Numbered from the stretch's first letter, positions 15,503 through 24,931 are shown. The stretch: 53,965 nucleotides of DNA from Patescibacteria group bacterium (GCA_025060575.1 JANXBL010000002.1:1-53965); one strand, 5' to 3'. Program-made: numbers and translations. The notes: a model not told the origin generated them from the letters alone.

Positions 15503-17589
15503 CTTTCAAAAAACAATGGTTTTTTATGACCTAAAGCAAAATATATTAGTTGAGTTAGATGGGGAAGCCAAGGATGAAGCATTTTTAATGTTTCGATCAT
15601 TACTTCTTTGAAAACCATAGGATTGTTTTTTGATTCACCTTTCCAACTTTCCAAATAAATATCGCACAAATCATTCCAGAAAAACTTGTAAATTCTTTTG
15701 AGAGCAAGACCAAGTTCTAACTCTTCAATTTTTCGTTGACAGAATTTTCTAGTTGACCTCAAAGCACTTAATATTTTTTTATCTGCCGATGAGAGATTTT
15801 TATTCTTAAAATTTATATCCTTCTCCTCAAGTTTCATAAAGTAAAAACGATAAGCATTCCAAATCTTGTTGAGAAATTTTTTCCCTTGCTCTATTGGTTG
15901 TTCATCAAATCTAATGTCTTGATGGGTAGTCATTTGCCACAATAAACCAAATCTAACAGAATCACTGCCATATTTTGATATCAATTCTAAAGGATCAACT
16001 CCTGTCCCTAGGCTCTTAGACATTCTTTTCCCATCTTTAGTCAAAATTGTTGAGTGAATAAAGGCCCTTTTAAAAGGAGGCTTTTTAAGAAAGAATTGGC
16101 CAGAAAAAATCATTCTCGTTATCCAAAGATGCAAAATTTCTCTTGCTGAAGCAACAATATCCGCCGGATACCACTCTTTTTCATTCTTTTTATATAAAAT
16201 AGCAAAAGGCCAAAGGGCGGAAGAGAACCAGGTATCAAAAACCTCTTCCGTCATTTGCCATTCTGTCCCTTTACACAAAGAACATTTCCTTTTTGGTCTA
16301 TTAATACTAACTTGAAAACTTTGGGTATGACAGTGCTTACAATACCAGACTGGCATTTGTTGTCCCCACCACAGCTTTCTCGACACACACCAATCTCTTA
16401 CGTTTCTTAACCAATCAAAATAGGGCTTTCTGAATTTGGCTGGGTAGATATCAACCTTTCTATCTTTAACTAACTTATATGCAAGATTAGCCAGATAGTC
16501 CATCTTGATAAACCACTCATCAGATGGAATAACTTGAATCTCTGTACCACAACGTTCACAAAGAGGTATTTGATGACTAATTTCCTCAATTTTTTCAATC
16601 AAATTTTGTTTATCTAAATAGTCAACAATTTGTCTTCTTGCTTCTAGATAATCAAGTCCTTTAAATTGAACTGCGTTATGATTCATTTTACCCTTCTCGT
16701 CAATAACCCCAACCATTGGTAAATCGTGTCTAAGGCTAATTTCATAGTCGATAAGAGAATGAGCTGGTGTTACCTTTAAGATACCGGCGCCAAATTTTGG
16801 ATCCACTCTTTGATCAGTAACTATCGGCAATTCTCTCATCACTAGAGGTAAAATAGCGATCTTACCTACTAACTCGGACTTTGTTTCATCATGAGGATTA
16901 ACTGCCAAAGCGACATCGCCCAACATTGTCTCTGGTCGAGTGGTAGCAACAATGACAAAGCCACTTCCTTTAAGAGGATATTTGATGTAATAGAGATTGC
17001 CTTTTGCCTCTCGATACTCAATTTCCAAATCCGAAAGAGAAGTCTGGCAACGAGGACAAAAATTAACTGGTCTTAAAGCGCGATAAACTAAGCCTTTTCG
17101 ATAATAATCAACAAATGCTTTTTGGACTGTTTTGGTATATTCCTTGTCTAAGGTGAATCGAGATCTTGACCAATCTAAACTTAAACCTAATCGACGAAAT
17201 TGATTGAGAATGGTCTGACCGTATTTATCCTTCCATTGCCATACCCTAGCAATAAATTTCTCTCGACCTAATTCAAACCTTGTAACCCCTTCTTTCCTAA
17301 GTTCTTTTTCGACAACATTTTGAGTAGCAATACCAGCATGATCTGTTCCTGGTATCCAAACAATATGAAAGCCCGCCATCCTTTTATAGCGTGCTAGAGT
17401 ATCAAGAATAAAATTCTGAAAAGTGTGGCCCATATGAAGCGAGCCTGTAATGTTGGGAGGCGCAATCAAAATAATAAAATTTTTTTTCGATTTTTTAGCC
17501 CTAAAATAAGGGAGCCAGTATTTGTAAATTTTTTCTTCAAATTCTAATGGATTATAGTTTTTCCTTTCTAGAAGAAGTCGTTTTTTCAT
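15493..17589 (-). CDS. valS: Valyl-tRNA synthetase (short form, 698 aa)
   Basis: PPNITGSLHMGH, PGTDHAGIATQ, TTRPETMLGD (editing domain) and KMSKSLG motifs. The protein ends soon after the LHPWLPHLTQ helix. Confidence 0.9.
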   Translation of the reverse strand: MKKRLLLERKNYNPLEFEEKIYKYWLPYFRAKKSKKNFIILIAPPNITGSLHMGHTFQNFILDTLARYKRMAGFHIVWIPGTDHAGIATQNVVEKELRKEGVTRFELGREKFIARVWQWKDKYGQTILNQFRRLGLSLDWSRSRFTLDKEYTKTVQKAFVDYYRKGLVYRALRPVNFCPRCQTSLSDLEIEYREAKGNLYYIKYPLKGSGFVIVATTRPETMLGDVALAVNPHDETKSELVGKIAILPLVMRELPIVTDQRVDPKFGAGILKVTPAHSLIDYEISLRHDLPMVGVIDEKGKMNHNAVQFKGLDYLEARRQIVDYLDKQNLIEKIEEISHQIPLCERCGTEIQVIPSDEWFIKMDYLANLAYKLVKDRKVDIYPAKFRKPYFDWLRNVRDWCVSRKLWWGQQMPVWYCKHCHTQSFQVSINRPKRKCSLCKGTEWQMTEEVFDTWFSSALWPFAILYKKNEKEWYPADIVASAREILHLWITRMIFSGQFFLKKPPFKRAFIHSTILTKDGKRMSKSLGTGVDPLELISKYGSDSVRFGLLWQMTTHQDIRFDEQPIEQGKKFLNKIWNAYRFYFMKLEEKDINFKNKNLSSADKKILSALRSTRKFCQRKIEELELGLALKRIYKFFWNDLCDIYLESWKGESKNNPMVFKEVMIETLKMLHPWLPHLTQLIYFALGHKKPLFFERWK

Positions 17590-17650
17590 TGTTATTATTT
17601 CATAATTTTATCATAATTAGAAAGCAAAAAAATTGATTTAAAATTATATT

Positions 17651-17733
17651 GGTGGGGTGGCAGAATGGGATTGCGCACGACTCGAAATCGTGTGGCCTTT
17701 ATGGCCTTGAGGGTTCGAATCCCTCCCCCACCG
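17651..17733 (+). tRNA. tRNA-Ser (anticodon CGA), long variable arm
   Basis: GGTGGGG acceptor pairing with CCCCACC, anticodon stem-loop CACGA-CTCGAAA-TCGTG, variable arm GGCCTTTATGGCC, T arm GAGGG-TTCGAAT-CCCTC, discriminator G. Confidence 0.85.
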
Positions 17734-17740
17734 CTATAAT

Positions 17741-17769
17741 TTGACTTGACTAAACAAATTTGCTATAAT
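17741..17769 (+). promoter_or_regulatory. Near-consensus sigma70-type promoter (TTGACT, 17-nt spacer, extended -10 TGCTATAAT)
   Basis: Read directly: TTGACT at 17741-17746, TG at 17761-17762, TATAAT at 17764-17769. It lies upstream of the 3D-domain gene. Confidence 0.6.
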
Positions 17770-17775
17770 TAGATT

Positions 17776-17796
17776 AAATCCCCAATTTGGGGATTT
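17776..17796 (+). promoter_or_regulatory. Perfect palindrome AAATCCCCAA-T-TTGGGGATTT between the promoter and the 3D-domain gene (operator or leader hairpin)
   Basis: 10-nt arms are exact reverse complements. It is GC-rich relative to its surroundings and begins 7 nt after the -10 box. Confidence 0.5.
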
Positions 17797-17832
17797 TAAA
17801 ATTGTCAAAATTTATCAAATGAAAAAATTAAA

Positions 17833-18270
17833 ATGATTGACCCCAACTCGTTAAAGAGGATAACTCCTCTAATCATACTTTTTCTTCTTGCCAACTACAC
17901 CATCTCTCCATCGGGCGCTGAAATCGAACCTTTAGTCGAAAAAGAAGCCTTTTTAACAGCCCAACCTAGGATAAAAAAAGTATTTAAAGCTACCATCACA
18001 GGATATTCCTCAAGTTATGACGAAACAGACCATGATCCTTGGCTAACAGCTTATAACACGTTAGCAAGAGATGGAGTTGCCGCTTCTAATGTCCTAAAAT
18101 ATGGAACAAAGATTAGAATACCTTCGTTGTTTGGAGATAAGATATTCGTGATTGAAGACAGAATGAACGAACGTTTTGATGGAGAAAATATTGATATTTG
18201 GTTTGAAAGCAAGGAGAAGGCTAAAAAATTTGGTATTCATCGGGATGTTCTGGTTGAAATTTTAGAATAA
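17833..18270 (+). CDS. 3D-domain (MltA/RlpA-like double-psi barrel) secreted cell-wall-active protein
   Basis: Signal-like N-terminus, then ATITGYSSSYDETDHDPWLTAYNTLARDGVAASN...GTKIRIP...VIEDRMNERF...IDIWF, typical of 3D domains. Confidence 0.7.
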   Translation: MIDPNSLKRITPLIILFLLANYTISPSGAEIEPLVEKEAFLTAQPRIKKVFKATITGYSSSYDETDHDPWLTAYNTLARDGVAASNVLKYGTKIRIPSLFGDKIFVIEDRMNERFDGENIDIWFESKEKAKKFGIHRDVLVEILE

Positions 18271-19592
18271 GTCTTTAGAGCTTCTAGGACAACCTCTTTC
18301 TCATTCCAAGGGATTCTATCTCCGTTAACCACGATTGAAGATTCGTTCCCCTTACCAATCGTAATAACAACATCGTCTTTTTCGGCTAACTGAATCAATC
18401 TAAAAATTGCTTCTTTCCTGTCGGGAATAATTTCTACTGGCTTATCAATCTCAAACTCGTTAAGATATTTTTTGGCCCCAATTTCAATTGCTTTCATTAT
18501 GACCATTGGGTCTTCGTCGAAAGGATCTTCGTTGCTAATTACTATATGATGACAGTACTTAGAAGCTAATTCTCCAATCACCGGCCTCTTCCATTTATCA
18601 CGAATACCACCAGCGGCACTAACCAGGCAGAGCAATCTCTTAGGCTTAAAAATTTGAATGACCTCTTTAAATGATTCTTCAATAGAATCAGGAGTGTGGG
18701 CATAATCAATAACAACCTTAAAATTTTTTGCTTTGATTACCTCTGCTCTACCTGGCAAGCCCGGAAAATCCTTCAAAAAAACATCTAAATTATTCAACGG
18801 TAAATCCAAAGCTTTGATAATGGCAAAAGAGGCTAAAATATTATAGAGATTAAACTTGCCCAGCAAAGAAGAGGAAAACCTTTTACCTTCCAAAACAAAA
18901 TCGATTCCTTTTTGACTAGTACGATAATTTGATGGCCTTAGATTAAAACTATATCCTTGGGTTAAAGATTCAATAGCAAAGGTAATTTTTTGTTCAGCCC
19001 TAAAATTCAAAAAATTATCTGCTTCAAAGTCATCAATGTTGGCAATGATCGTCTTTTTTATTCTGACACCTCTCAATTTTTTACCAATTTTACTCTTTTC
19101 CAAGGCTCGAAAAAGTTTCATTTTGGAAGCTCGATAATTTTCATAAGAACCATGATGTTCGATGTGTTCGGGATGAAGATTTAAAAAAACAGCTATATCG
19201 AAATCAATAAAACAATGGCGATTTTGCATCAACCCCTCTGATGTTGATTCTAAAACGGCAATTTCACAATTAGCCTTAACGGCATTATTGAGAAATTTTT
19301 GCAAAAAACCTCTGCCAGGCATTGTTAGTCTTGATTTATTTTCAATCATTTCTTCGCCAATATAGAAATAATCAGATGAAGAAAGAGCAGTTTTAAACCC
19401 TAACTTTTGGAGTAGATAGTAAGTTAAGTAGCAAGTTGTTGATTTTCCTTTGGTTCCGGTAATACCAATAACAATTATTTTCCTCGAGGGAAATCGATAA
19501 ATCAAAGCGAAAGCCAATGACCATAGATAATGATAGAAGTTCAAAAGGGGGCGAGGAATTATTTTCCTAATGAACCTGAATATTTTTCTCAT
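18237..19592 (-). CDS. murE: Mur ligase family protein, MurE-like
   Basis: GITGTKGKSTT P-loop, DYAHTPDSIEE motif and GKGNE near the C-terminus. The first ATG is at 19592; the track start at 19595 is TTG. Confidence 0.7.
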   Translation of the reverse strand: MRKIFRFIRKIIPRPLLNFYHYLWSLAFALIYRFPSRKIIVIGITGTKGKSTTCYLTYYLLQKLGFKTALSSSDYFYIGEEMIENKSRLTMPGRGFLQKFLNNAVKANCEIAVLESTSEGLMQNRHCFIDFDIAVFLNLHPEHIEHHGSYENYRASKMKLFRALEKSKIGKKLRGVRIKKTIIANIDDFEADNFLNFRAEQKITFAIESLTQGYSFNLRPSNYRTSQKGIDFVLEGKRFSSSLLGKFNLYNILASFAIIKALDLPLNNLDVFLKDFPGLPGRAEVIKAKNFKVVIDYAHTPDSIEESFKEVIQIFKPKRLLCLVSAAGGIRDKWKRPVIGELASKYCHHIVISNEDPFDEDPMVIMKAIEIGAKKYLNEFEIDKPVEIIPDRKEAIFRLIQLAEKDDVVITIGKGNESSIVVNGDRIPWNEKEVVLEALKTYSKISTRTSR

Positions 19593-19598
19593 CAAAAT

Positions 19599-20513
19599 CT
19601 ATTGCAAATTTTCTCTTATTTTCGACCTAATATAAAACTGAACCATTTCAAAATTATCAATTCCCGCAGAAGGATAAATACCATATACTTCTGGGGTACC
19701 ATATAATTCAAAATGCCCGGACTTAAGCGGACCACTCTTTAAATCAACAATAATTGGAACAATCTTTAAGCTTTTTAAATCTTTTGTTTTTAGAAACATA
19801 AAAAGAAGATCATTTTTGCTAAAACTTGACTCCCAATAATTTTTATTATTGTTAATAAAATCTAATAAGGACATAATCTCTTGATTATTAAGATTCAGCA
19901 GTTTATCTTTTAGCGCATTCAAAAAATTCATTTGATTTCTTATCCTAAAGAAATCACCCTCAGAATTATAACGAGAACGTAAAACCAATTCTATCAAATA
20001 GCCATTCAGCACATACCTGCCTGGGGGTATGGTATAAAAACTAACCGCATCAACAACTGGCTGTTCTAGGTAAATCTCTATCCCGCCTAATCGATCAACA
20101 AGTTGCTTAACCAGTTCTAGATCAATAGCAAAGTAGTCCTTAACATTTAGACCTGTAAAAAGAGAAACCTTATTAAGCAATAGATCTTTTTTCCCTTTTT
20201 CGTAAAGAGCATTAATCTTTTGGAAATTTCCCTCTTCATCTCTTACTATCAAATCTCTAGGAATAGCAATCAAAAACAATTTATTAAACTTATTGTTATA
20301 GTAAACTGCCATCAAAGAATCTGTGTTTTGAGAACCAATATAACCCGGACCAGGTTTTCCGAGTAAAAGAAAAGTATAATCACCTAAGCTGCCTAATCCT
20401 GAAGTATCAGCTTTGGAAAAGAAAAAAATGCTTTCCGAAAAAACAGCCCAGCTAAAAGCACCAATTAAAACAATCAATATAAAAATGCTTCCCAAAATTA
20501 AAAATTTTTTCAT
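19599..20513 (-). CDS. LytR-CpsA-Psr (LCP) family cell-envelope transferase
   Basis: N-terminal TM helix, then FLLLGKPGPG...NTDSLMAVYYN...LIAIPRDL and the accessory region GGIEIYLEQP typical of LCP proteins. Confidence 0.75.
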   Translation of the reverse strand: MKKFLILGSIFILIVLIGAFSWAVFSESIFFFSKADTSGLGSLGDYTFLLLGKPGPGYIGSQNTDSLMAVYYNNKFNKLFLIAIPRDLIVRDEEGNFQKINALYEKGKKDLLLNKVSLFTGLNVKDYFAIDLELVKQLVDRLGGIEIYLEQPVVDAVSFYTIPPGRYVLNGYLIELVLRSRYNSEGDFFRIRNQMNFLNALKDKLLNLNNQEIMSLLDFINNNKNYWESSFSKNDLLFMFLKTKDLKSLKIVPIIVDLKSGPLKSGHFELYGTPEVYGIYPSAGIDNFEMVQFYIRSKIRENLQ

Positions 20514-22984
20514 TGTTTAACTAAAAAATTAAATTGGTTATTGCTAAAATCAACATCTATTCTATCTCCTCTTTTTAATTTATTAGCTAATATTAAATTA
20601 GCTATTTCTGTTTTGACTATTTGGTCAATTTTTCTTAAAAGTGGTCTTGCTCCGTAAATGGGATCAGTACCAAGACGAACTATTTCTCGCAAAGCAACTT
20701 CACTAACGTTAAGATCAATACCGTGTTTAAGTAGTATTTCGGCTTTAAAATCACCTATCATCAAATTAGCAATCTTTAGTAATTCATTTTCTCCTAAAGG
20801 CTTAAAAACGATCACTCCATCAAATCTGTTTATTAACTCAACAGAAAAAATAGTTGTTAACTTGCTTTTTAGACTAGTAACTATTTTATCAAAATCTTCT
20901 CCTTTTTCAATACTTCTTTTAATATCCTCGGAGTAAGCATTCGATGTGCAAATAATTAAAGTCTTAGTAAAATCAACTTCTCTTCCTAAAGCATCCTTAA
21001 TTAAACCTTCGTCAAAAATAGGCAAGAAAATACGCAAGATTGAAGAGTGAGTTTTTTCAAATTCATCTAATAAAACCAGGGAATAAGGATTTTGTCTTAT
21101 AGGCTCAGTTAACCTCCCAATAATCGTTCCATCCTTTGTACCAACAAGTTTATCAATGTCCTCGGCATTTTGAAATTCAACCATATCTAATCTTAACATC
21201 GTCTTCTCGCTACCATAGTATATTTTAGCTAAAGCCTTGGCAGTTTCTGTTTTACCGACTCCAGTTGGCCCAACAAAGAGAAAAACGCCGATCGGACCTT
21301 TTTTCTTTTCTAAACCAGCGCGATAAATCTTTAAAACTCTAGCCAACTCCTTAACAGCCATCTCTTGGTTAACAATTCTCTGATGCAAAAGCTCTTCTAA
21401 ATTTAACAATTTTTCCTTTTCAATTTCACCAATTTGACCAATGGGTATTTTTGCCTTTTCAGCAGCAACTTCTTGAACAACTTGTGCCTCTAAAACCTTT
21501 GTTTTTAACCTTTTAGCAACTGAAATACTGTCAATAATTATTTCCTCCGCAGATGCTGGCAAAGGTTTTGACTTAATAAATTGACTTGCTAAGTTAATAG
21601 CCACGCTAATCGCTTGAGGAGTAATTGATAGGCGATATTTCTTTTCCCAAAGAAGACCTTTAAGAGTTATAAGCATTAAAGCTTCCTCCCTGCTAATTTC
21701 CTTTACTTCAATTACCTCAAAAAATCTATCCAATTCATAATGAACCAAACTCTTTTCATAACCAACTTGAGAAATACTACCAATAATCTTGATGCTTTTT
21801 GTTTTTAGTACCTCCCCTAAAACTTGGAAAATGTTTATTTGCTTTTCGAGTAAAATTAACTCTAAATTGGGAAGATAGAGAATAATATAAGATGAAACAA
21901 TTGCTTCGTTAATAATATCAGAAAAAAGAGAGATAAACCTATCTTTATTTTGAGCGTAAATGCCAGCTAAATCAAGTTTAACGACTCGGTGGTCTAATAA
22001 TTCCTTGCTCACTAGCTCATTTTGTATTAACCAGGCTAGATGCATAACTATTGTTTCCTTACCAATCCCCTCTGGACCTACTAACAAAACATTGTCCCCT
22101 TGGCTTAAATTGCTTAAAAGACTATCTACTACTTTTCGATGGCCAATCAAAAAGCCGGCATTTTCCCTGTTAGCTAAATAAGTAAAATCAACTGAATTTT
22201 GGTCAAGTAAAGGAGTAAGAGCACTGGTTAGAGCTCTATTTATTAATCTTCTTTCTCTCCTCTTGTGGTGAAATAGAGCAACACTCTGATAAGAGGGCTT
22301 AAAAATTCTCGTGTGTTCCTTAAATAATTCCATAATAATGGCTCCAATTAAATACTCTTCGTTAAGCAGATATTTGTCAAACAGCCTGTTAAAAATTGGA
22401 TCCATATTCGCTCTGAAACCGTAAAAGAGAAAAAAATCATTGATACTAGCTTGATTCAAATCTCTTGCCAGATTAAAAGCAGATGTTAGAATTTTGAGGT
22501 AAGGTTGATAACGATTTTTTTCAAAGATCCTTTTATTTTCAAAAATAAGTTTTTTTAAATCTTGCTCAAAGTTTGAAATTGATATATTTAAACGATGAAA
22601 TATTCTCCTAATTGAATTCCTCTTTAAAATTTCCTTAAGAAAATAAGATTCAAAGTTAATTTCTCTTATTATTTCCGAGTTGGTAAGAGTATTGATTAAA
22701 AAGCTCCTTGCTTCTCTGGTAAGATAATCATTTAAGTTAACCCTGGTAGCCTTAGACACGGATAGATCTCTTATGTCTTCCTTAGAAGTTCTATTTCTCA
22801 AAACAGTGGTTAAAAATATCAAAATTATCAAAAAGGCAACGGGTTTTAATCTGAAACTATCAGAAAAAAGAAAAAACACTGCAACAGTAAAAATAAACAT
22901 ATTAAATATCTCTTTCAGGATAATCAACAACTTTCTCAAATAAGGATTAAATCTTAAAAAACTATTGTTAAAGTAAAATTCCAT
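20510..22984 (-). CDS. Membrane-anchored Clp/Hsp100-family double-AAA+ protein with a degenerate first nucleotide-binding domain
   Basis: Two N-terminal hydrophobic helices. NBD1 has P-loop GPEGIGKE (Glu in place of Thr/Ser) and no clear DE Walker B. NBD2 is canonical: GPTGVGKTETAKALA, LVLLDEFEK, GARPLLR. Confidence 0.7.
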   Translation of the reverse strand: MEFYFNNSFLRFNPYLRKLLIILKEIFNMFIFTVAVFFLFSDSFRLKPVAFLIILIFLTTVLRNRTSKEDIRDLSVSKATRVNLNDYLTREARSFLINTLTNSEIIREINFESYFLKEILKRNSIRRIFHRLNISISNFEQDLKKLIFENKRIFEKNRYQPYLKILTSAFNLARDLNQASINDFFLFYGFRANMDPIFNRLFDKYLLNEEYLIGAIIMELFKEHTRIFKPSYQSVALFHHKRRERRLINRALTSALTPLLDQNSVDFTYLANRENAGFLIGHRKVVDSLLSNLSQGDNVLLVGPEGIGKETIVMHLAWLIQNELVSKELLDHRVVKLDLAGIYAQNKDRFISLFSDIINEAIVSSYIILYLPNLELILLEKQINIFQVLGEVLKTKSIKIIGSISQVGYEKSLVHYELDRFFEVIEVKEISREEALMLITLKGLLWEKKYRLSITPQAISVAINLASQFIKSKPLPASAEEIIIDSISVAKRLKTKVLEAQVVQEVAAEKAKIPIGQIGEIEKEKLLNLEELLHQRIVNQEMAVKELARVLKIYRAGLEKKKGPIGVFLFVGPTGVGKTETAKALAKIYYGSEKTMLRLDMVEFQNAEDIDKLVGTKDGTIIGRLTEPIRQNPYSLVLLDEFEKTHSSILRIFLPIFDEGLIKDALGREVDFTKTLIICTSNAYSEDIKRSIEKGEDFDKIVTSLKSKLTTIFSVELINRFDGVIVFKPLGENELLKIANLMIGDFKAEILLKHGIDLNVSEVALREIVRLGTDPIYGARPLLRKIDQIVKTEIANLILANKLKRGDRIDVDFSNNQFNFLVKQ

Positions 22985-23300
22985 AAAAAAGAAGAAAAAT
23001 GGGTAATAACAACCAAAGACCTAAAAATAATAAGTATAACAAGGCAACAGCCAAGTAGAAAATAAACCCTAGAATTAACTTAATCAAACGATAAGGTAAG
23101 GCAATGGCATAGCCAACTAAAGAAAAATCTCCAAAAAGTGGCTTGGTAATATTTCTTAGGTTAGGTCTGAAGTTTAAATACCTATCAGTCAAGTAAACGA
23201 AATCAAAGAACGACCTAATGGTTTTTTGAGGAAAATGATGAAACCAAAAATCAATAAATTCAATCAAATCATCCAAGATAAGAATTTTAAGAAAGATCAT
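22968..23300 (-). CDS. Small membrane protein, unknown function
   Basis: The first ATG at 23300 lies 1 nt after the stop of the upstream gene; the track start at 23309 is TTG. The C-terminal half is strongly hydrophobic (LILGFIFYLAVALLYLLFLGLWLLLPIFLLF). Confidence 0.4.
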   Translation of the reverse strand: MIFLKILILDDLIEFIDFWFHHFPQKTIRSFFDFVYLTDRYLNFRPNLRNITKPLFGDFSLVGYAIALPYRLIKLILGFIFYLAVALLYLLFLGLWLLLPIFLLFYGILL

Positions 23301-23301
23301 T

Positions 23302-24576
23302 TTACCCAAACAATTTTTTATCCTCTAAATCATTGACTTTTTTTGAGTCTTGATGGTTGTCGAAATTTAATAAAACCTTTCCATACTCGCCGTCATAACC
23401 TGGTTCTAAAATTATTTCTTCTCTTCGAATTTTTTCTAAACATTCCAACAAATCCGAGTATTTCTGTTTCATTAAATCTTGATCAAAATTATCAATTAAA
23501 ATGTCTAATTCTGGTCCAATTTCATTAACTACCTGAAGGTAGTAAGAAAAAACTTTTTTTGATGTCGGCTCAGAATTTAAAAGCTGTCCAATAATCTGAG
23601 TAAGAGGTGTTGTTCTTTTAAATGGTGGCCTATTCTCGCTAAAAAAGTTGCTTGGTCTTTTAGCTAGTTTCTCCACCCTACTCATTACTCCTATTGTTAC
23701 TTTTCCTCCGCACATAGGACAAAGATATTTATTTTTCTTTGAATCCTCAGGAGAAAATCTAACTTTGCACAGCCTGTGGCCATCATAGTGGTATTTACCT
23801 TCTTCGGGAAAAAACTCAACTGTCATTAAAATTTTGTTTTCTTCGTTTGGTTCTTTCATTGCTTTGTAAAGTTGCGAGTAAGAAAGTTCGTTTAGTCTAA
23901 AAAGAGTTGCTTCTCTGCCTAAACGATGAGGGTGAGGAGAATGAGCGTCAGAGAAAGAAACAATTGAAAATCTATCAAGCTCTGGTAATCTCCAATTCAT
24001 ATTGGGATCAGATGAAAGCCCTGTTTCAACCGCAGTAACATAGTCAACATATTGCCCAAAGGCTTCATAAATTGAATCAAAGCCGGATATTGAACCATAT
24101 AGTGAAAACCAAGGTGTCCAAATGTGAGCAGGTATAAAAATTGCTTTTTCATAAATATCAAAAAGAATTTTCATAAAATCAATAACATCTAAAGCTAAAA
24201 TAGGCCTACCATCACTTCTCAAGTTAGAATACATAGATAATTTTTTGTTTAACTTTTCTACCAGATCGAATTTAGGCAAAATGACAATATAATGAATTCT
24301 CTTGACGATTCCTTGGCGAGAGAAAATAGAACTTATTTCACCTCCCAAAAGGAAAAAAACTTCTTCCTGGGAGTCTTTGAGCCGATAAATACCGTCATTA
24401 ACTTCAACTAATTTTTGTTTAATTTCTCTAAACCAATCGGGATGAGTAAAATCACCAGTAATTAAAATTTTCAATCCTTTCAAAGAAGCATAGTATGACA
24501 AATTCTCTAAATCTAAATTTTTTGAGCATGCCCGGGAATACTTTGAGTGCAAATGTAAATCGGCAAAAATATCCAT
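23302..24576 (-). CDS. PHP-domain endonuclease Q (EndoQ)-like protein with a Zn-finger
   Basis: ADLHLHSKYSRACS, PAHIWTPWFSLYG, FSDAHSPHPHRLGREAT, EGKYHYDGHRLC, CPMCGGKVTIGVMSRV and the C-terminal LEPGYDGEYGKV follow the order of motifs I recall for archaeal/Bacillus EndoQ. Confidence 0.7.
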   Translation of the reverse strand: MDIFADLHLHSKYSRACSKNLDLENLSYYASLKGLKILITGDFTHPDWFREIKQKLVEVNDGIYRLKDSQEEVFFLLGGEISSIFSRQGIVKRIHYIVILPKFDLVEKLNKKLSMYSNLRSDGRPILALDVIDFMKILFDIYEKAIFIPAHIWTPWFSLYGSISGFDSIYEAFGQYVDYVTAVETGLSSDPNMNWRLPELDRFSIVSFSDAHSPHPHRLGREATLFRLNELSYSQLYKAMKEPNEENKILMTVEFFPEEGKYHYDGHRLCKVRFSPEDSKKNKYLCPMCGGKVTIGVMSRVEKLAKRPSNFFSENRPPFKRTTPLTQIIGQLLNSEPTSKKVFSYYLQVVNEIGPELDILIDNFDQDLMKQKYSDLLECLEKIRREEIILEPGYDGEYGKVLLNFDNHQDSKKVNDLEDKKLFG

Positions 24577-24577
24577 C

Positions 24578-24931
24578 CTAGGTAAAAAAAATCAAAAAAC
24601 CAATAACCAAAGAAAATATTGAGGCTAATAAAACCATTCCGGCTGCTAGATCTTTAATTACCTTAGCGTGAGCATCAATTTTATCCTCAAAAATATGATC
24701 AATGATGGTTTCAATGATAGTGTTTACTATCTCCAGCACTAAAATGAAACAACATAAAAATATTAAAATTAACCATTTCGTTAAAGAAAATTCAAAAAAA
24801 TAAGCAGCCAAAAAAACTAGAAAAGTGATCAGAATCAAAAGTTTAAAGTTTCTTTGAGTGATAAAAGCATACCTCAAGCCATCCAAAGCGTTTTTAACGC
24901 TAAAAACAAAATTTCTATTTTTGTGGACCAT
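24578..24931 (-). CDS. dgkA: Diacylglycerol/undecaprenol kinase (DgkA family)
   Basis: 117 aa with three TM helices. Motifs: NALDGLRYAFITQRNF, LEIVNTIIETIIDHI, KDLAAGMVLLASI. Confidence 0.8.
   Translation of the reverse strand: MVHKNRNFVFSVKNALDGLRYAFITQRNFKLLILITFLVFLAAYFFEFSLTKWLILIFLCCFILVLEIVNTIIETIIDHIFEDKIDAHAKVIKDLAAGMVLLASIFSLVIGFLIFFT

Noticed and set aside
17734-17832. Possible cyclic-di-AMP (ydaO-type) riboswitch upstream of the 3D-domain gene
   Set aside because: Such riboswitches often precede wall-hydrolase genes. Only about 60 nt lie between the promoter and the ATG, and apart from one simple palindrome nothing resembles the long pseudo-symmetric ydaO fold.
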